Positions 34,122 to 44,471 of a stretch of DNA of 64,000 nt are shown in pieces (the first letter of the stretch is position 1; the number at the start of each line of letters is the position of its first letter). Origin of the DNA: Phormidium sp. (lineage in GTDB: Bacteria > Cyanobacteriota > Cyanobacteriia > Cyanobacteriales > Aerosakkonemataceae); assembly GCA_051013385.1 (NCBI GenBank), contig CP143273.1, positions 864,001 to 928,000 of the forward strand, given 5' to 3'. The notes under the pieces were generated by a model. That model had not been told where the DNA came from and made no database searches. It saw only the letters and a program-made list of their open reading frames with translations. A program made the translations under genes and the position numbers.

Positions 34122-34853
34122 GTGAGTAGAAAATTTATGAAAAATAACGAAGATTACCCTCAAATTAACAGACGTAGTTTACTGAAATTAGCAGGAATTA
34201 CCGGACTGGTAGCAGCGGGAGCAATTGGGATTAAATTGATACCTACTTCTAAAAAAGTAGAAACAACAGATAAAAATATTACAGCCGATCGAGCATGGGA
34301 AATATTAAAAGCCGGAAATGAACGCTACGTTGCTAATAAACTTTCTCATCCGCATCAAACAGGACAGAGAATGGTGGAATTAGCAAAAGGTCAACAACCC
34401 TTTGCTATTGTCCTTGGTTGTGCTGATTCACGAGTTCCACCGGAAATTATTTTCGATCGAGGTTTGGGTGATTTATTTGTAATTAGGGTAGCGGGAAATA
34501 TTGTGGATGATGCGATCGCTGGTAGCATTGAATATGCTGCTGAAGAACTTAAGGTTCCGCTGCTAGTTGTACTCGGACATGAAAGATGTGGTGCTGTGAC
34601 TGCTGCTGTTAAAGGTGGCGAAGTTCCCGGAGAAATTAGTACTTTAGTTAATGCGATTAAACCAGCAGTAAAAAGTGTCAAAGGTTTACCTGGCGATCTA
34701 GTGGAAAATTCCGTCAAAGCCAATATAAAAATTGTAGTTAGTACATTGAAATCTAAATATCCTATGCTGTCTGAATTAGTCAAATCAAACAAATTAAAAA
34801 TTGTTGGCGGACGTTACGATTTGGACAGAGGCAAAGTTGATTTAATCGCTTAA
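34122..34853 (+). CDS. beta-carbonic anhydrase with Tat signal
   Basis: CADSRV, HERCGAV; NRRSLLK twin-arginine motif. Confidence 0.9.
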   Translation: MSRKFMKNNEDYPQINRRSLLKLAGITGLVAAGAIGIKLIPTSKKVETTDKNITADRAWEILKAGNERYVANKLSHPHQTGQRMVELAKGQQPFAIVLGCADSRVPPEIIFDRGLGDLFVIRVAGNIVDDAIAGSIEYAAEELKVPLLVVLGHERCGAVTAAVKGGEVPGEISTLVNAIKPAVKSVKGLPGDLVENSVKANIKIVVSTLKSKYPMLSELVKSNKLKIVGGRYDLDRGKVDLIA

Positions 34854-35120
34854 AACTCAGAAAAATGAGATGTTCTGAGATCTTCCACCAGGATGCGGAG
34901 CCTGTCTAGTAGTTTTGTTCAATTTGCTTATTCGCAGTCAATCGGAGTAAAAAGCTAGTTTTTTAGCTTTTTCTTGGCATCCCTTAAAAAATTACCATAA
35001 AATTATATTATTGAAAGCATACTAAAAAAAAATACTTTTTCATATCCTTCTCATAGTTTAATGAAATAGGTATCAATTCAATGTGTGGTCTGAAATAGTG
35101 GAGTGTGAGGAAGCATAATT

Positions 35121-35852
35121 ATGGGTCGCATGGATGGTTTTATCGGTCGTCGTAATGTTTTAAAATGGGCGGGAATTGGAAGTGCGGGTTTAGCTGTTAG
35201 TACTGCTGGCGGGTTCCTTTGGGGCGCACAGGAAGCGGTAACTCCGCAGTTAGCAGAAGCGCAAACTAAACCCCAACCAGTTCTTCCTGACACAGCTTTG
35301 CAAAGAATCCTAGAAGGAAACAAAAGATTTGTTGCGGAAAAGCGGCAAAATTTGCCATCTCGATCGCGTTTACAAGAAACTGCTGTTGCACAGTTTCCTT
35401 TTGCTTCTATTCTCAGCTGTGCTGATTCACGGGTTCCAGCTGAAATCGTTATGGATCAGGGACTTGGGGATTTATTTGTAGTTCGTGTTGCGGGAAATGT
35501 TGCCAGTCAAACTGCCATAGGTAGCTTAGAATTTTCTACCGCAGTGTTAGGAACTCAGCTAATCATGGTTGTGGGGCATGAAAGATGTGGTGCAGTAGTA
35601 GCAGCAGTCAAAGGCGATCCACTTCCGGGAAGAATGGGGGTTTTTGTTGAAGAGATTAAACCAGCTGTGCGATCGATCAGAGGAAGAACAGGCGATCCTG
35701 TAGACAATGCGGTAGCTGCTAACGTGAAATATCAAGTAGAGAGCTTGAAGCAAAAATCCACTATTTTGTCTAACCTGATTACAGAAGGTAAGCTAAAAAT
35801 TGTGGGGGGTCGTTATGATTTGGATACTGGAGAATTAACAATTATTGCTTAA
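35121..35852 (+). CDS. beta-carbonic anhydrase with Tat signal
   Basis: CADSRV, HERCGAV; GRRNVLK. Confidence 0.9.
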   Translation: MGRMDGFIGRRNVLKWAGIGSAGLAVSTAGGFLWGAQEAVTPQLAEAQTKPQPVLPDTALQRILEGNKRFVAEKRQNLPSRSRLQETAVAQFPFASILSCADSRVPAEIVMDQGLGDLFVVRVAGNVASQTAIGSLEFSTAVLGTQLIMVVGHERCGAVVAAVKGDPLPGRMGVFVEEIKPAVRSIRGRTGDPVDNAVAANVKYQVESLKQKSTILSNLITEGKLKIVGGRYDLDTGELTIIA

Positions 35853-35892
35853 TAACGAATTTATTCGTTACAACAAACTGGAGATTAAGAGA

Positions 35893-36672
35893 TTACAACT
35901 GTTTGATTTTATCTCCTAATCGTAAAATTTTTCCTGCTTCAGAAGCAGGAATTTTTGTATTAAGACTCAAGCGATAAAAGTGATTAAATCGAGATGAATT
36001 TACCCAATTTGGTAAAGTTTCGCGGCGTTTTTCGCTGAAGATTTTTTGAAAATTAGCGTAACTTTCGCCTGTTAACGAGTTGCGCGTCGGAACAATACAA
36101 CGTTGACAAGGGTTAATTCCCTCAAATATCACTTCGCCAATTTGAAATTTGACTACTTCTCCTTCACTGCCAAAAAGTAGATCTTCCCAAAAGGGAGGAA
36201 CGCCATTTATTTCCAAGTTAGTACGGAGGCGTTGGCGCATTTCGGTTACAGAAATTCCCGGAAACCAAGAGGCGACGGTTTCTAAGGTAGCGGTGCTAAT
36301 GACAGTTGGGCCAGAGGCAATGTTATCATCTGGAAAACCAGTAGTTGAGTTTCTCACTAATGTAACAGCAAAACCAAAATATTGACTTAACCAGGATTCT
36401 AGCTGGGAGCGATCGCTCTCGATATCAAATTCCTGTTTTTCTCCCGTTCCGTGAATTTCTAAACAGATAGTCTGTGTGTTGCTATTCCAAGACGATCGCA
36501 ATAAATGCACTAAAGCATTGCGTTTGCCATTGACAAACCGACCTTGTGTATCTACGATAGCGAATTCTCGGTCTTGGCACAAAGCACCGCAGGGTAACAC
36601 CTTTGCTTGGTTAACAGCTACTCCATCTAAGGATTTTATTGGATAAAGGGAAATACTAGCGAGATATGGCAT
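35893..36672 (-). CDS. MOSC domain protein
   Basis: YPIKS, DREFA, RLRTN, PCQRCIVP. Confidence 0.88.
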   Translation of the reverse strand: MPYLASISLYPIKSLDGVAVNQAKVLPCGALCQDREFAIVDTQGRFVNGKRNALVHLLRSSWNSNTQTICLEIHGTGEKQEFDIESDRSQLESWLSQYFGFAVTLVRNSTTGFPDDNIASGPTVISTATLETVASWFPGISVTEMRQRLRTNLEINGVPPFWEDLLFGSEGEVVKFQIGEVIFEGINPCQRCIVPTRNSLTGESYANFQKIFSEKRRETLPNWVNSSRFNHFYRLSLNTKIPASEAGKILRLGDKIKQL

Positions 36673-36891
36673 CTAAGTGGATTCTTTAACCTTGGTTAAC
36701 AATTGCTTGATCTGGTTAATCTTAATGTTACAGATGATACGCCTTTTCGTTACAAATCCAGTTATTGAAAGTACCTATTAGGTTAGACTGGAGACATCAT
36801 AAGGACAAGAAAAAGCTACTTCATCGGTAGATGTGTCAGTTTATATCAGGGGCGCTATTAGCAATAATAAATAGCAATAAAGGGTAAAAAA

Positions 36892-38532
36892 ATGGCAGAG
36901 CTTAAGCTGTGTGTCTACCTGGAAAATGAAGAAAAGATAATACCAGTAGATCGAGATGAATTTATTATAGGACGTTTACCAGATAACCATTTAAATCTGC
37001 CTTATTTTGGAATTTCTCGCTATCATGCGCGAATTTTTAAGCAAGGGGAAGGCAAATGGTTCATTGAAGATATGGGAAGTAAAAATGGTACTTTCTTAAA
37101 TGAAACAATGTTGACTAGTCCGGCAATTTTAGCACATAATGATTTGATTAAATTAGGGAATATTGATGCCCTAGTTATTTTGGATAATTCTACTTTACCA
37201 AGGGTGCGAAAATTCGATCAACCTGAATTGGATGAGGGAATGACTATTGTTCGCAATGTGAATGATTTGAAAGAACAATGGATACAAGCGGATAACTTAG
37301 CTGATAAAGTTAAACGACAAGAAACCTCGATCGCCCGCTTAAAAGACTTAGTTGATATCGCGCAAAGTTTAAACTCAGCTGAATCGATCGAAGAGATATT
37401 CTTAGCAGTTAAAAAAGTAGTTTTCCGTTACATTGAAAGTATGGAACGGTTAGGTTTGTTAATTGTTGATAATGAGACAGGGGACTTAAAACTATTTAAT
37501 GGAGCAGTTAAAGAAGTTTACTATTCTCACCCCTTACCTAATGATGCAAGTTGGATTAGTCGCAGTATATGTCAAACAGTATATGTAGAAAAGATAGCAA
37601 TTCAAACTTCTAATGCACAACTCGATGAAAGGTTCGGTAATGAAATTAGTATAATCACTAAAGATATTCACAGTGTAATGGCTGTTCCCTTATGGGATGA
37701 AACTAAAGTTGTTGGGGTTTTATATGCTGATGGACATATTCCCATTAGCGAATCAATTCAGCAAAAAGATGAAGATTTGAGCTTTTTTTCTACCTTAGCT
37801 AACTTAGTAGCTTCTAGTGTACAAAGATGGTTACTAACCCGGCAATTAAGGAATGAAGAAAAAATTCGTCATCGCTTAGAAAGATACCACTCTCCAGCGG
37901 TAGTACAACAAATGATGAAAGCGGGTAATTTATCAGACACTCGCTTAACTCCCAAAGAAAGCGAAATTAGTATTATGTTTGCTGATATCGTCGGTTTTAC
38001 AGCACTTTCAGAAAAGTTAACTCCAGCAAAAATTTCCGAATTACTAAATGCTTTTTTTGAGGAAATGTTGCAAGAAGTGTTTGCGGAAGGTGGAACTTTA
38101 GATAAATTTATTGGCGATTGTATTATGGCATTTTTTGGCGCACCAGAACCGCAACAGGATCACGCGGAAAGAGCTTTTAGAGCCGCGAAAGGAATGTTAG
38201 CCCGGTTAGCCAGAATGAATATAAATAAAGTGTTATTTCATCCTTTAGAATTACGAATTGCTATTAATAGCGGCAAGGCTGTTGTGGGAGATGTGGGTAG
38301 TACATTGCGGGTAGATTATACGGTTTTAGGTTCGACGATTAATTTAGCTTCGCGGATGGAATCAATCTGTCCTCCTGGTAAATTAATAGTTAGTGAAACA
38401 ACATATAAAATGTTGCAACCTTCTCAACGTTTAGAGTTAGAAGAAATGGGGGAATATCGGTTTAAAGGTATCGATCAACCTATACCAATTTATCTGATAA
38501 CTAAAAATTTATTGGCTACTAAACGCCAATAA
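36892..38532 (+). CDS. FHA-GAF-adenylate cyclase (CyaD-like)
   Basis: IGR..ISRYHA..GSKNGT FHA motifs; GAF; FADIVGF, DKFIGD, NLASR. Confidence 0.9.
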   Translation: MAELKLCVYLENEEKIIPVDRDEFIIGRLPDNHLNLPYFGISRYHARIFKQGEGKWFIEDMGSKNGTFLNETMLTSPAILAHNDLIKLGNIDALVILDNSTLPRVRKFDQPELDEGMTIVRNVNDLKEQWIQADNLADKVKRQETSIARLKDLVDIAQSLNSAESIEEIFLAVKKVVFRYIESMERLGLLIVDNETGDLKLFNGAVKEVYYSHPLPNDASWISRSICQTVYVEKIAIQTSNAQLDERFGNEISIITKDIHSVMAVPLWDETKVVGVLYADGHIPISESIQQKDEDLSFFSTLANLVASSVQRWLLTRQLRNEEKIRHRLERYHSPAVVQQMMKAGNLSDTRLTPKESEISIMFADIVGFTALSEKLTPAKISELLNAFFEEMLQEVFAEGGTLDKFIGDCIMAFFGAPEPQQDHAERAFRAAKGMLARLARMNINKVLFHPLELRIAINSGKAVVGDVGSTLRVDYTVLGSTINLASRMESICPPGKLIVSETTYKMLQPSQRLELEEMGEYRFKGIDQPIPIYLITKNLLATKRQ

Positions 38533-38556
38533 AAGTTACAAAATTTCGCGGATAAA

Positions 38557-40923
38557 TTAATTTTCACAGAAATTAGGATGGTTGTTTTCGCTAAAAGCTG
38601 AGCGATCGCGCCCTTGTTGTTTAGCACAATAAAGTGCTCGATCCGCAGCATTAATTAAGTCTTGCGGCGATGATGGAGCATCTGGAATCACACAAGTAAC
38701 TCCCAAGCTCACTGTCAAATGATTACTGACTAAAGATTGACTATGGGGAATCCTTAAATTATGAATTGCTTGGCGAATAAGTTCCGCTAAATGAGTTGCG
38801 CCTGACAAATCAGTGTAAGGAAGTATCACCACAAATTCTTCACCACCGTAGCGAGCAAATAAATCAGCTGGGCGGCGGAAAATATCACTAATAACTATTG
38901 CTACTTGGCGTAAACAATCATCTCCTGCTAAATGACCGTAAGTATCGTTATAAAGCTTAAAATAATCAATATCAAACAAAATTAAAGATAATGGTGCTTT
39001 TTCTCTTCTCAAACGTAACCATTCGGTGTTAAGATATTCATCAAATCGACGGCGATTAGCTATTTGAGTTAAACCATCAATAGTTGCTAATTTTTTTAAC
39101 TCCTCATTCGCTGCTTGTACTTGGTGATAAAGTTCTGATTGATAAATTGCCATTGCTAATTGATCTGCTATTTCTCTAGCTATTTCTATCTCTGATTCTT
39201 GCCAAGAATATTTTTGAGGTTTTAAAAGGCTCAGGCTACCCCAAGTCACTGAGTTAAAGTGTAATGGAATCAGTAACCAAGCGCCGGGAAAAGTCTGAGC
39301 TAAACGAGAATTAATTTCATCTTGACAAAGGCTAGCATTATTTAACTGGACAATTTTTAATTTGTTGAGTTGTGAAGAAATCGGATTGTCTCGATCGGGA
39401 ATTTTCTGCCCCATCAAGCTATTTATCTCATTCTTTTGCCGATACTCTGCTACTGTTAACCAAACTTTTTGCTCTGGTAAATACTGAAAAATAGCCACTT
39501 GCTCAACTTCTAAAAGTTCACCAATATCTGTAACAGCAGAGTCAAAAATAGTTGGTAAATCCAAGGAGTTGCGAATTATTTGAATGACTCGGTTTAGAGC
39601 TTCTTCTTTCTGCGCTTGCGATTGTAGTAATACTTCTAGCTGTTTACGTTCAGTAATATCTTGAACTGTACCAAATAGTTTAACTACTCGTCCTTGACTA
39701 TTAAAAACTGCTTCTCCTCTAGCTTGATTGTAGATAACTGCACCATCTTTACGAACTGCTTTAAAATCAATTTCAAAATATTTTCCCTCGCTAATTGCTC
39801 GGCTAACTGCCTGTAGTAATCTTTCTTTATCTTCAGGAAAACAAACTTGCAAAACTTCTTGGTAATCATATTCTTTGCGATCGCCAGAAAAGCCAAAAAT
39901 GCGGAATAACTCTTCTGAACCAACAATTTTTTTAGTAATTATATCTAATTCCCAATTGCCAATCCGAGCAACTCTTTGAGCCGCCGCAAGTTTGGCTTCG
40001 CTTTGTCGCAAAGCTTCTTCTGCTTGTTTGCGAACAGTAATATCTTCACAAACAATTACCGTATATAAAAGAGAACCATCTTTATTTTTAATTAAAGATA
40101 CTGACAAGCGTCCCCAAACAACTGCTTTATCCTTGCGGATATAACGTTTATCAATTACATAGCTACCTATTTCTCCTGCTAATAACGACTTGTATAATTC
40201 CACATCTATTGCTAGATCTTCGGGATGGGTAAATTCCGTAAAGTGCATCCCAATAAGTTCTTCTTGGGGATAACCAAGAAACTGACAATCTGCTTCGTTA
40301 GCTAATATGGTGTATCCATCAACATTAACTAATGCCATGCCTACCGAAACATTGTCAAAAACAGAACGAAACTTTTGTTCACTCTGCCGCAATCTTTCTT
40401 CTATTTCTTTGCGATCGCTAATATCAACCATCGAGCCAACCATACGGATAGCATGACCATTAGCATCTCGCACTGCTTTACCTTGACCGAGAAACCAACC
40501 ATAACTACCATCTGCCTTTTTTAATCGCATTTCACACTTATATGGCTGATTAAATTCTAAATGTTCTTGAATTGCCTGGATGACTCTTATCCGATCTTCT
40601 TCGTGAATTAATTCATAAAATAAGTCTAAACTCGGATGACAACTTCCCGGAACTAAACCAAGTAAAACCAACAACTTATCCGACCAAAATAAAGTATCAT
40701 TTTTGATATCCCAATCCCAAATTCCATCATTAGTAGCGTCCATTATAAACTGTAATCGTTCATAATTTTGGGATAAATCTGTTTCAGGTTGCAGCTGTTT
40801 TTGTAATATCATTTTTTGGGGAAGCTGTTCTTCTATTTTATTAATTAACCGATTGTTGCGCCAAATCAGCACATAAAAAGCAATTAATGCCAGTAAGGTT
40901 TCAAAAAAATAATTAAACCTCAC
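38557..40923 (-). CDS. PAS-PAS-PAS-GAF diguanylate cyclase
   Basis: PAS/PAC repeats; RPAD I-site; ARYGGEEF. Confidence 0.92.
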   Translation of the reverse strand: MRFNYFFETLLALIAFYVLIWRNNRLINKIEEQLPQKMILQKQLQPETDLSQNYERLQFIMDATNDGIWDWDIKNDTLFWSDKLLVLLGLVPGSCHPSLDLFYELIHEEDRIRVIQAIQEHLEFNQPYKCEMRLKKADGSYGWFLGQGKAVRDANGHAIRMVGSMVDISDRKEIEERLRQSEQKFRSVFDNVSVGMALVNVDGYTILANEADCQFLGYPQEELIGMHFTEFTHPEDLAIDVELYKSLLAGEIGSYVIDKRYIRKDKAVVWGRLSVSLIKNKDGSLLYTVIVCEDITVRKQAEEALRQSEAKLAAAQRVARIGNWELDIITKKIVGSEELFRIFGFSGDRKEYDYQEVLQVCFPEDKERLLQAVSRAISEGKYFEIDFKAVRKDGAVIYNQARGEAVFNSQGRVVKLFGTVQDITERKQLEVLLQSQAQKEEALNRVIQIIRNSLDLPTIFDSAVTDIGELLEVEQVAIFQYLPEQKVWLTVAEYRQKNEINSLMGQKIPDRDNPISSQLNKLKIVQLNNASLCQDEINSRLAQTFPGAWLLIPLHFNSVTWGSLSLLKPQKYSWQESEIEIAREIADQLAMAIYQSELYHQVQAANEELKKLATIDGLTQIANRRRFDEYLNTEWLRLRREKAPLSLILFDIDYFKLYNDTYGHLAGDDCLRQVAIVISDIFRRPADLFARYGGEEFVVILPYTDLSGATHLAELIRQAIHNLRIPHSQSLVSNHLTVSLGVTCVIPDAPSSPQDLINAADRALYCAKQQGRDRSAFSENNHPNFCEN

Positions 40924-41212
40924 TAAAATCGCCTTTTTTTTTGCTATTGTAACATTAATTCCATAACCCTAAATAAAGCAATTGTTCTAAATATGGGATA
41001 CCCATTTATTATATAGGCTGATAAAAGTATGTTATATTGCTCATTACTATACACACTTGAATAAGTGTATAGTTTATTAAACAATAACTAAAAAAAAATC
41101 AGGGAATCGGAACCTAACCTAGAAGATTGCGTATAATTTGCATTTCCCTGGTAACATTCATTAGAGAAATACCATTGTTGCCCTAAAGCAGAAAGGCTTT
41201 TATCTCAGTGGA

Positions 41213-41615
41213 GCAATTCATCTGCCGTTACAGAGCAGTTTAACGGGAGATGAATTGCGACCAACGTTCCTCAAATTGAGTGCAACGAATCCCTGATTTT
41301 TGTTAAAATATTAACAGGTTGCTGACCGTGAGAACGTGAGGAAACAGGTAAAACGTCCTACTCCGTGATCTCAAAATTCCTAACAGTCAATGGTGTAAAA
41401 GTAAGTCCACACTGTAAGGACAAAAAAGAAATCAAATAGGGTAGGGCATACCCGAATTCACGCTTGGGGAGTAGTCCAGAAGAGTGCTTGCCCTAAAAGG
41501 TGTAGTCGGACTAGAGATGAAACTGTAAGACCAAATCTGACACAAGTTGGTGGAGGCAAGATTCAGCCCAAGAATCTCCCGTTACATCCGTCAGGATTAA
41601 CGGCGAGAGTGTCAA
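41213..41615 (+). mobile_element. non-autonomous IS200/IS605-derived element (end hairpins plus tnpB 3' remnant)
   Basis: Two hairpins sharing a CCGTTA..TAACGG core; right end GAATCTCCCG...GAGAGTGTCAA; tnpB-tail-like RVGHTRIHAWG at about 41438; left boundary uncertain. Confidence 0.6.
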
Positions 41616-41768
41616 ATTTGATCAGGAAACAGTTAGCTCCTCACCGGGGTACTCTTGCATCACGATGAAGCTACCTGTTGCTGACCAAGGGAGTGTTTGC
41701 CAAGTCCAGTTCTCAACTAGTATGCTGCTGTAGTTGTTTGCACAAAGCAGCAGACTCTTCAAAAGCGT

Positions 41769-43544
41769 ATGTTAAAGCTTCATTATCTTGTGGTTGTGAG
41801 TGTGAGTGCCATAGTATGTGCTGGTATGCCCCGCATAGCTAACGCTAAAAGCGGTGTAGCCAGTCCTGAGTCCAGCAGTGAAGCAATGAAAACTAACCAA
41901 AGTTTACCTGCTGTGGTTGAAAAGAGTGATTACTTAGTCAGTAATCGAAGGCACAAAGAGGAACAAAGTAAAGCCGATCGCGAACCGCAGTTTCTGGAAA
42001 GTCCGACAGGGCGATCTGGCACGGTAAGCGATCGCAATATCCCGGCTTTAACGTCAAATCATCAAGTGACAAAAAACCGGAGATCCCTATCTCCAACCAA
42101 TAACTTGATGGCACAAAATAGACCAGTTAACCGCTTACCGGGGGCTGTTCCCATTCCGAACTATCTGATCCCCAATCCTAACCCATTACAGTTTCCCACC
42201 AGACCAGAAGAGGTAAACATAGAATTAACTGAACCTCTGACCTTAGAACAAGCAATAGAACTAGCAGAACGGAACAATCGCCCCCTGCAAGTAGCTCGAC
42301 TACAAGCGGAACAGGCCCAAGCCCAGCTACGAGAAGCCAGAGCAGCCTTGTATCCCACAGTAGATTTAAGCGCAACTGTGCAAGGGGGAAGAAACGCTCA
42401 AAACGAGTTTGGCTTTGAACGAGATCAAAGGACAAGAGAAAGGCAAATAGAAGCGGCACGAGAAGCGGCACGACAACGAGGCGAAACATTCGTCGAGCCA
42501 CCTGAGCAGCTATCTGAGCCTGGAGCACTCAGTTTAAGCGGCACAATACAAGCTGAGTATAGCCTTGTAGATGGAGGGCGGCGCAACGCTCAAATTCGGG
42601 CAGCCCAAGAAACACTTCGCAGCGCCCAGTTAGCAGTTGAAGCCTTAAGCGAACAAACACGCTTAGATGTTTCCAATGCTTACTACGACTTGCAACTGGC
42701 AGATGAACAGGTAAGAATTGCCGAATCTGCTGTCCGCAATGCTCAACAAAGTTTACGAGATGCCATAGCTTTGGAACAAGCCGGATTAGGCACCAGATTC
42801 GATACCCTGCGGGCGCAGGTGCAGTTAGCCAACCAAAACCAACTTTTAGTGACTAACCGCGCTCAACAACAAGTCAACCGTCGCCAGTTAGCCCAAATTT
42901 TGAGTTTACCCCAATCAATTAATATTGTCGCTGCTGACCCTGTAGAAATTGCTGGACTATGGAATTTAACTTTAGAAGAAAGTATTGTTAGAGCATTTCA
43001 AAACCGTGCTGAACTGGAACAGCAGTTAGCGCAACGGAATGTTGCTCAACAGCAACGGCGTGTTGCCTTAGCCGCTCGCAGACCGCAAGTAAATTTATTT
43101 GCCAACTACAATCTGCTAGAGGTGTTTAATGATCGTTTAGGTTTGGCAGATGGGTATACACTGGGGGCAAGACTGAATTGGAATTTGTTTGATGGGGGCG
43201 CAGCTAGGGCAAGGGCAGCGCAACAGGAAGCTAATATTGAAATCGCAGAAACTCAATTTGCCGATCGGCGGAATCTAATTCGTTTCCAAGTTGAACAAGC
43301 CTTTTACAATTTAAACGCTAACTTCCAGAACATTCAAACTGCTAGACTCGCCGTAAGTCAAGCCACAGAAGCTTTACGTTTAGCACGCTTGCGCTTCCAA
43401 GCTGGAGTGGGTACGCAAACGGAAGTAATTGACGCAGAAAACGACCTGACAGAGGCGCAAGGAAACTTAGTTAGAGCAGTAATTGACTACAATCGATCGC
43501 TAGCCACCCTCACCAGATCTGTAAGTAATATCCCACTTCCCTAG
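41769..43544 (+). CDS. TolC family outer-membrane efflux protein (HgdD-like)
   Basis: Signal peptide; LTLEQAIELA; RFQAGVGTQTEVIDAE OEP repeats. Confidence 0.9.
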   Translation: MLKLHYLVVVSVSAIVCAGMPRIANAKSGVASPESSSEAMKTNQSLPAVVEKSDYLVSNRRHKEEQSKADREPQFLESPTGRSGTVSDRNIPALTSNHQVTKNRRSLSPTNNLMAQNRPVNRLPGAVPIPNYLIPNPNPLQFPTRPEEVNIELTEPLTLEQAIELAERNNRPLQVARLQAEQAQAQLREARAALYPTVDLSATVQGGRNAQNEFGFERDQRTRERQIEAAREAARQRGETFVEPPEQLSEPGALSLSGTIQAEYSLVDGGRRNAQIRAAQETLRSAQLAVEALSEQTRLDVSNAYYDLQLADEQVRIAESAVRNAQQSLRDAIALEQAGLGTRFDTLRAQVQLANQNQLLVTNRAQQQVNRRQLAQILSLPQSINIVAADPVEIAGLWNLTLEESIVRAFQNRAELEQQLAQRNVAQQQRRVALAARRPQVNLFANYNLLEVFNDRLGLADGYTLGARLNWNLFDGGAARARAAQQEANIEIAETQFADRRNLIRFQVEQAFYNLNANFQNIQTARLAVSQATEALRLARLRFQAGVGTQTEVIDAENDLTEAQGNLVRAVIDYNRSLATLTRSVSNIPLP

Positions 43545-43569
43545 AGGAGTTTTTGGTGATCCGGGTGCA

Positions 43570-43802
43570 GGGGGGTTCCAGGGGTTCCAGGGGTTCCAGG
43601 GGTTCCAGGGGTTCCAGGGGCTCCAGGGGCTCCAGGGGCAGGTTCGCTAGAGGGAGCAGGGGAGAATTTAAAACTTAAAACTCTCCAACTCTTGCTAACT
43701 CAAAACTCTCCAACTCTCCAACTCTCCCTAACTCAAAACTCAAAACTCAAAACTCAAAACTTTCCCAGTCCCCAGTCCCCAGTCCCCAGTCCCCAGTCCC
43801 CA
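43570..43802. repeat. tandem repeats GGGG(T/C)TCCA, CAAAACT and CCCCAGT (STRR)
   Basis: Directly visible tandem arrays. Confidence 0.85.
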
Positions 43803-43907
43803 ATACTTAAAGTTTGTAATAGTTCTTAAGAAAAAGTAAAATAAAACAGTCAACGCTAATCGACGGGTTTGTTCAAGGCGAAGATCCGGTTAATCAAGGG
43901 GTAAGTA

Positions 43908-44204
43908 ATGGCTAACATTAAATTTGTTAAAGAAAATAGTGAAGTAGTTGCAGCCGATGGGGCGAATTTAAGAGAGAAAATGCTGCAAAATGGCATAGAT
44001 TTGTATAAATTCACGGGTAAACTAATGAATTGCGGTGGTTACGGTCAATGTGGCACCTGCATTGTCGAAATTGCCTCTGGAATGGAAAATCTGTCTCCCC
44101 GCACCGAAGTAGAAAATCGGAAGTTGAAGAAAAAACCGGAAAATTATCGGCTGGCTTGTCAAACCTTGGTTAATGGGCCAGTCAGCGTAATTAGCAAACC
44201 ATAA
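43908..44204 (+). CDS. 2Fe-2S ferredoxin family protein
   Basis: [11 protein letters not shown]...RLACQ. Confidence 0.92.
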   Translation: MANIKFVKENSEVVAADGANLREKMLQNGIDLYKFTGKLMNCGGYGQCGTCIVEIASGMENLSPRTEVENRKLKKKPENYRLACQTLVNGPVSVISKP

Positions 44205-44264
44205 GTACGCTGCGTGATATCCTAGTTTTGTCAAAAGATTGCTGTGAACAGAGGTTGGGATTTT

Positions 44265-44381
44265 ATGGAAGTTAACGATCTAGGGTTTGTCGCCAGTATT
44301 CTATTTGTGTTGGTTCCTACTGTTTTTCTCTTAATTCTGTATATCCAAACCAACACTCGTGGCACTGATAAGAATATTTAA
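44265..44381 (+). CDS. psbM: photosystem II reaction centre protein M (not in ORF track)
   Basis: [38 protein letters not shown]. Confidence 0.95.
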   Translation: MEVNDLGFVASILFVLVPTVFLLILYIQTNTRGTDKNI

Positions 44382-44471
44382 TTAAAAAAAGAACTGGTGA
44401 TTGGTAGTAGGTAGTAGGTAGTAGAATTCCTACTACCTACTACTTGTGCTTTTTACCTAGTAAATAGGTGA

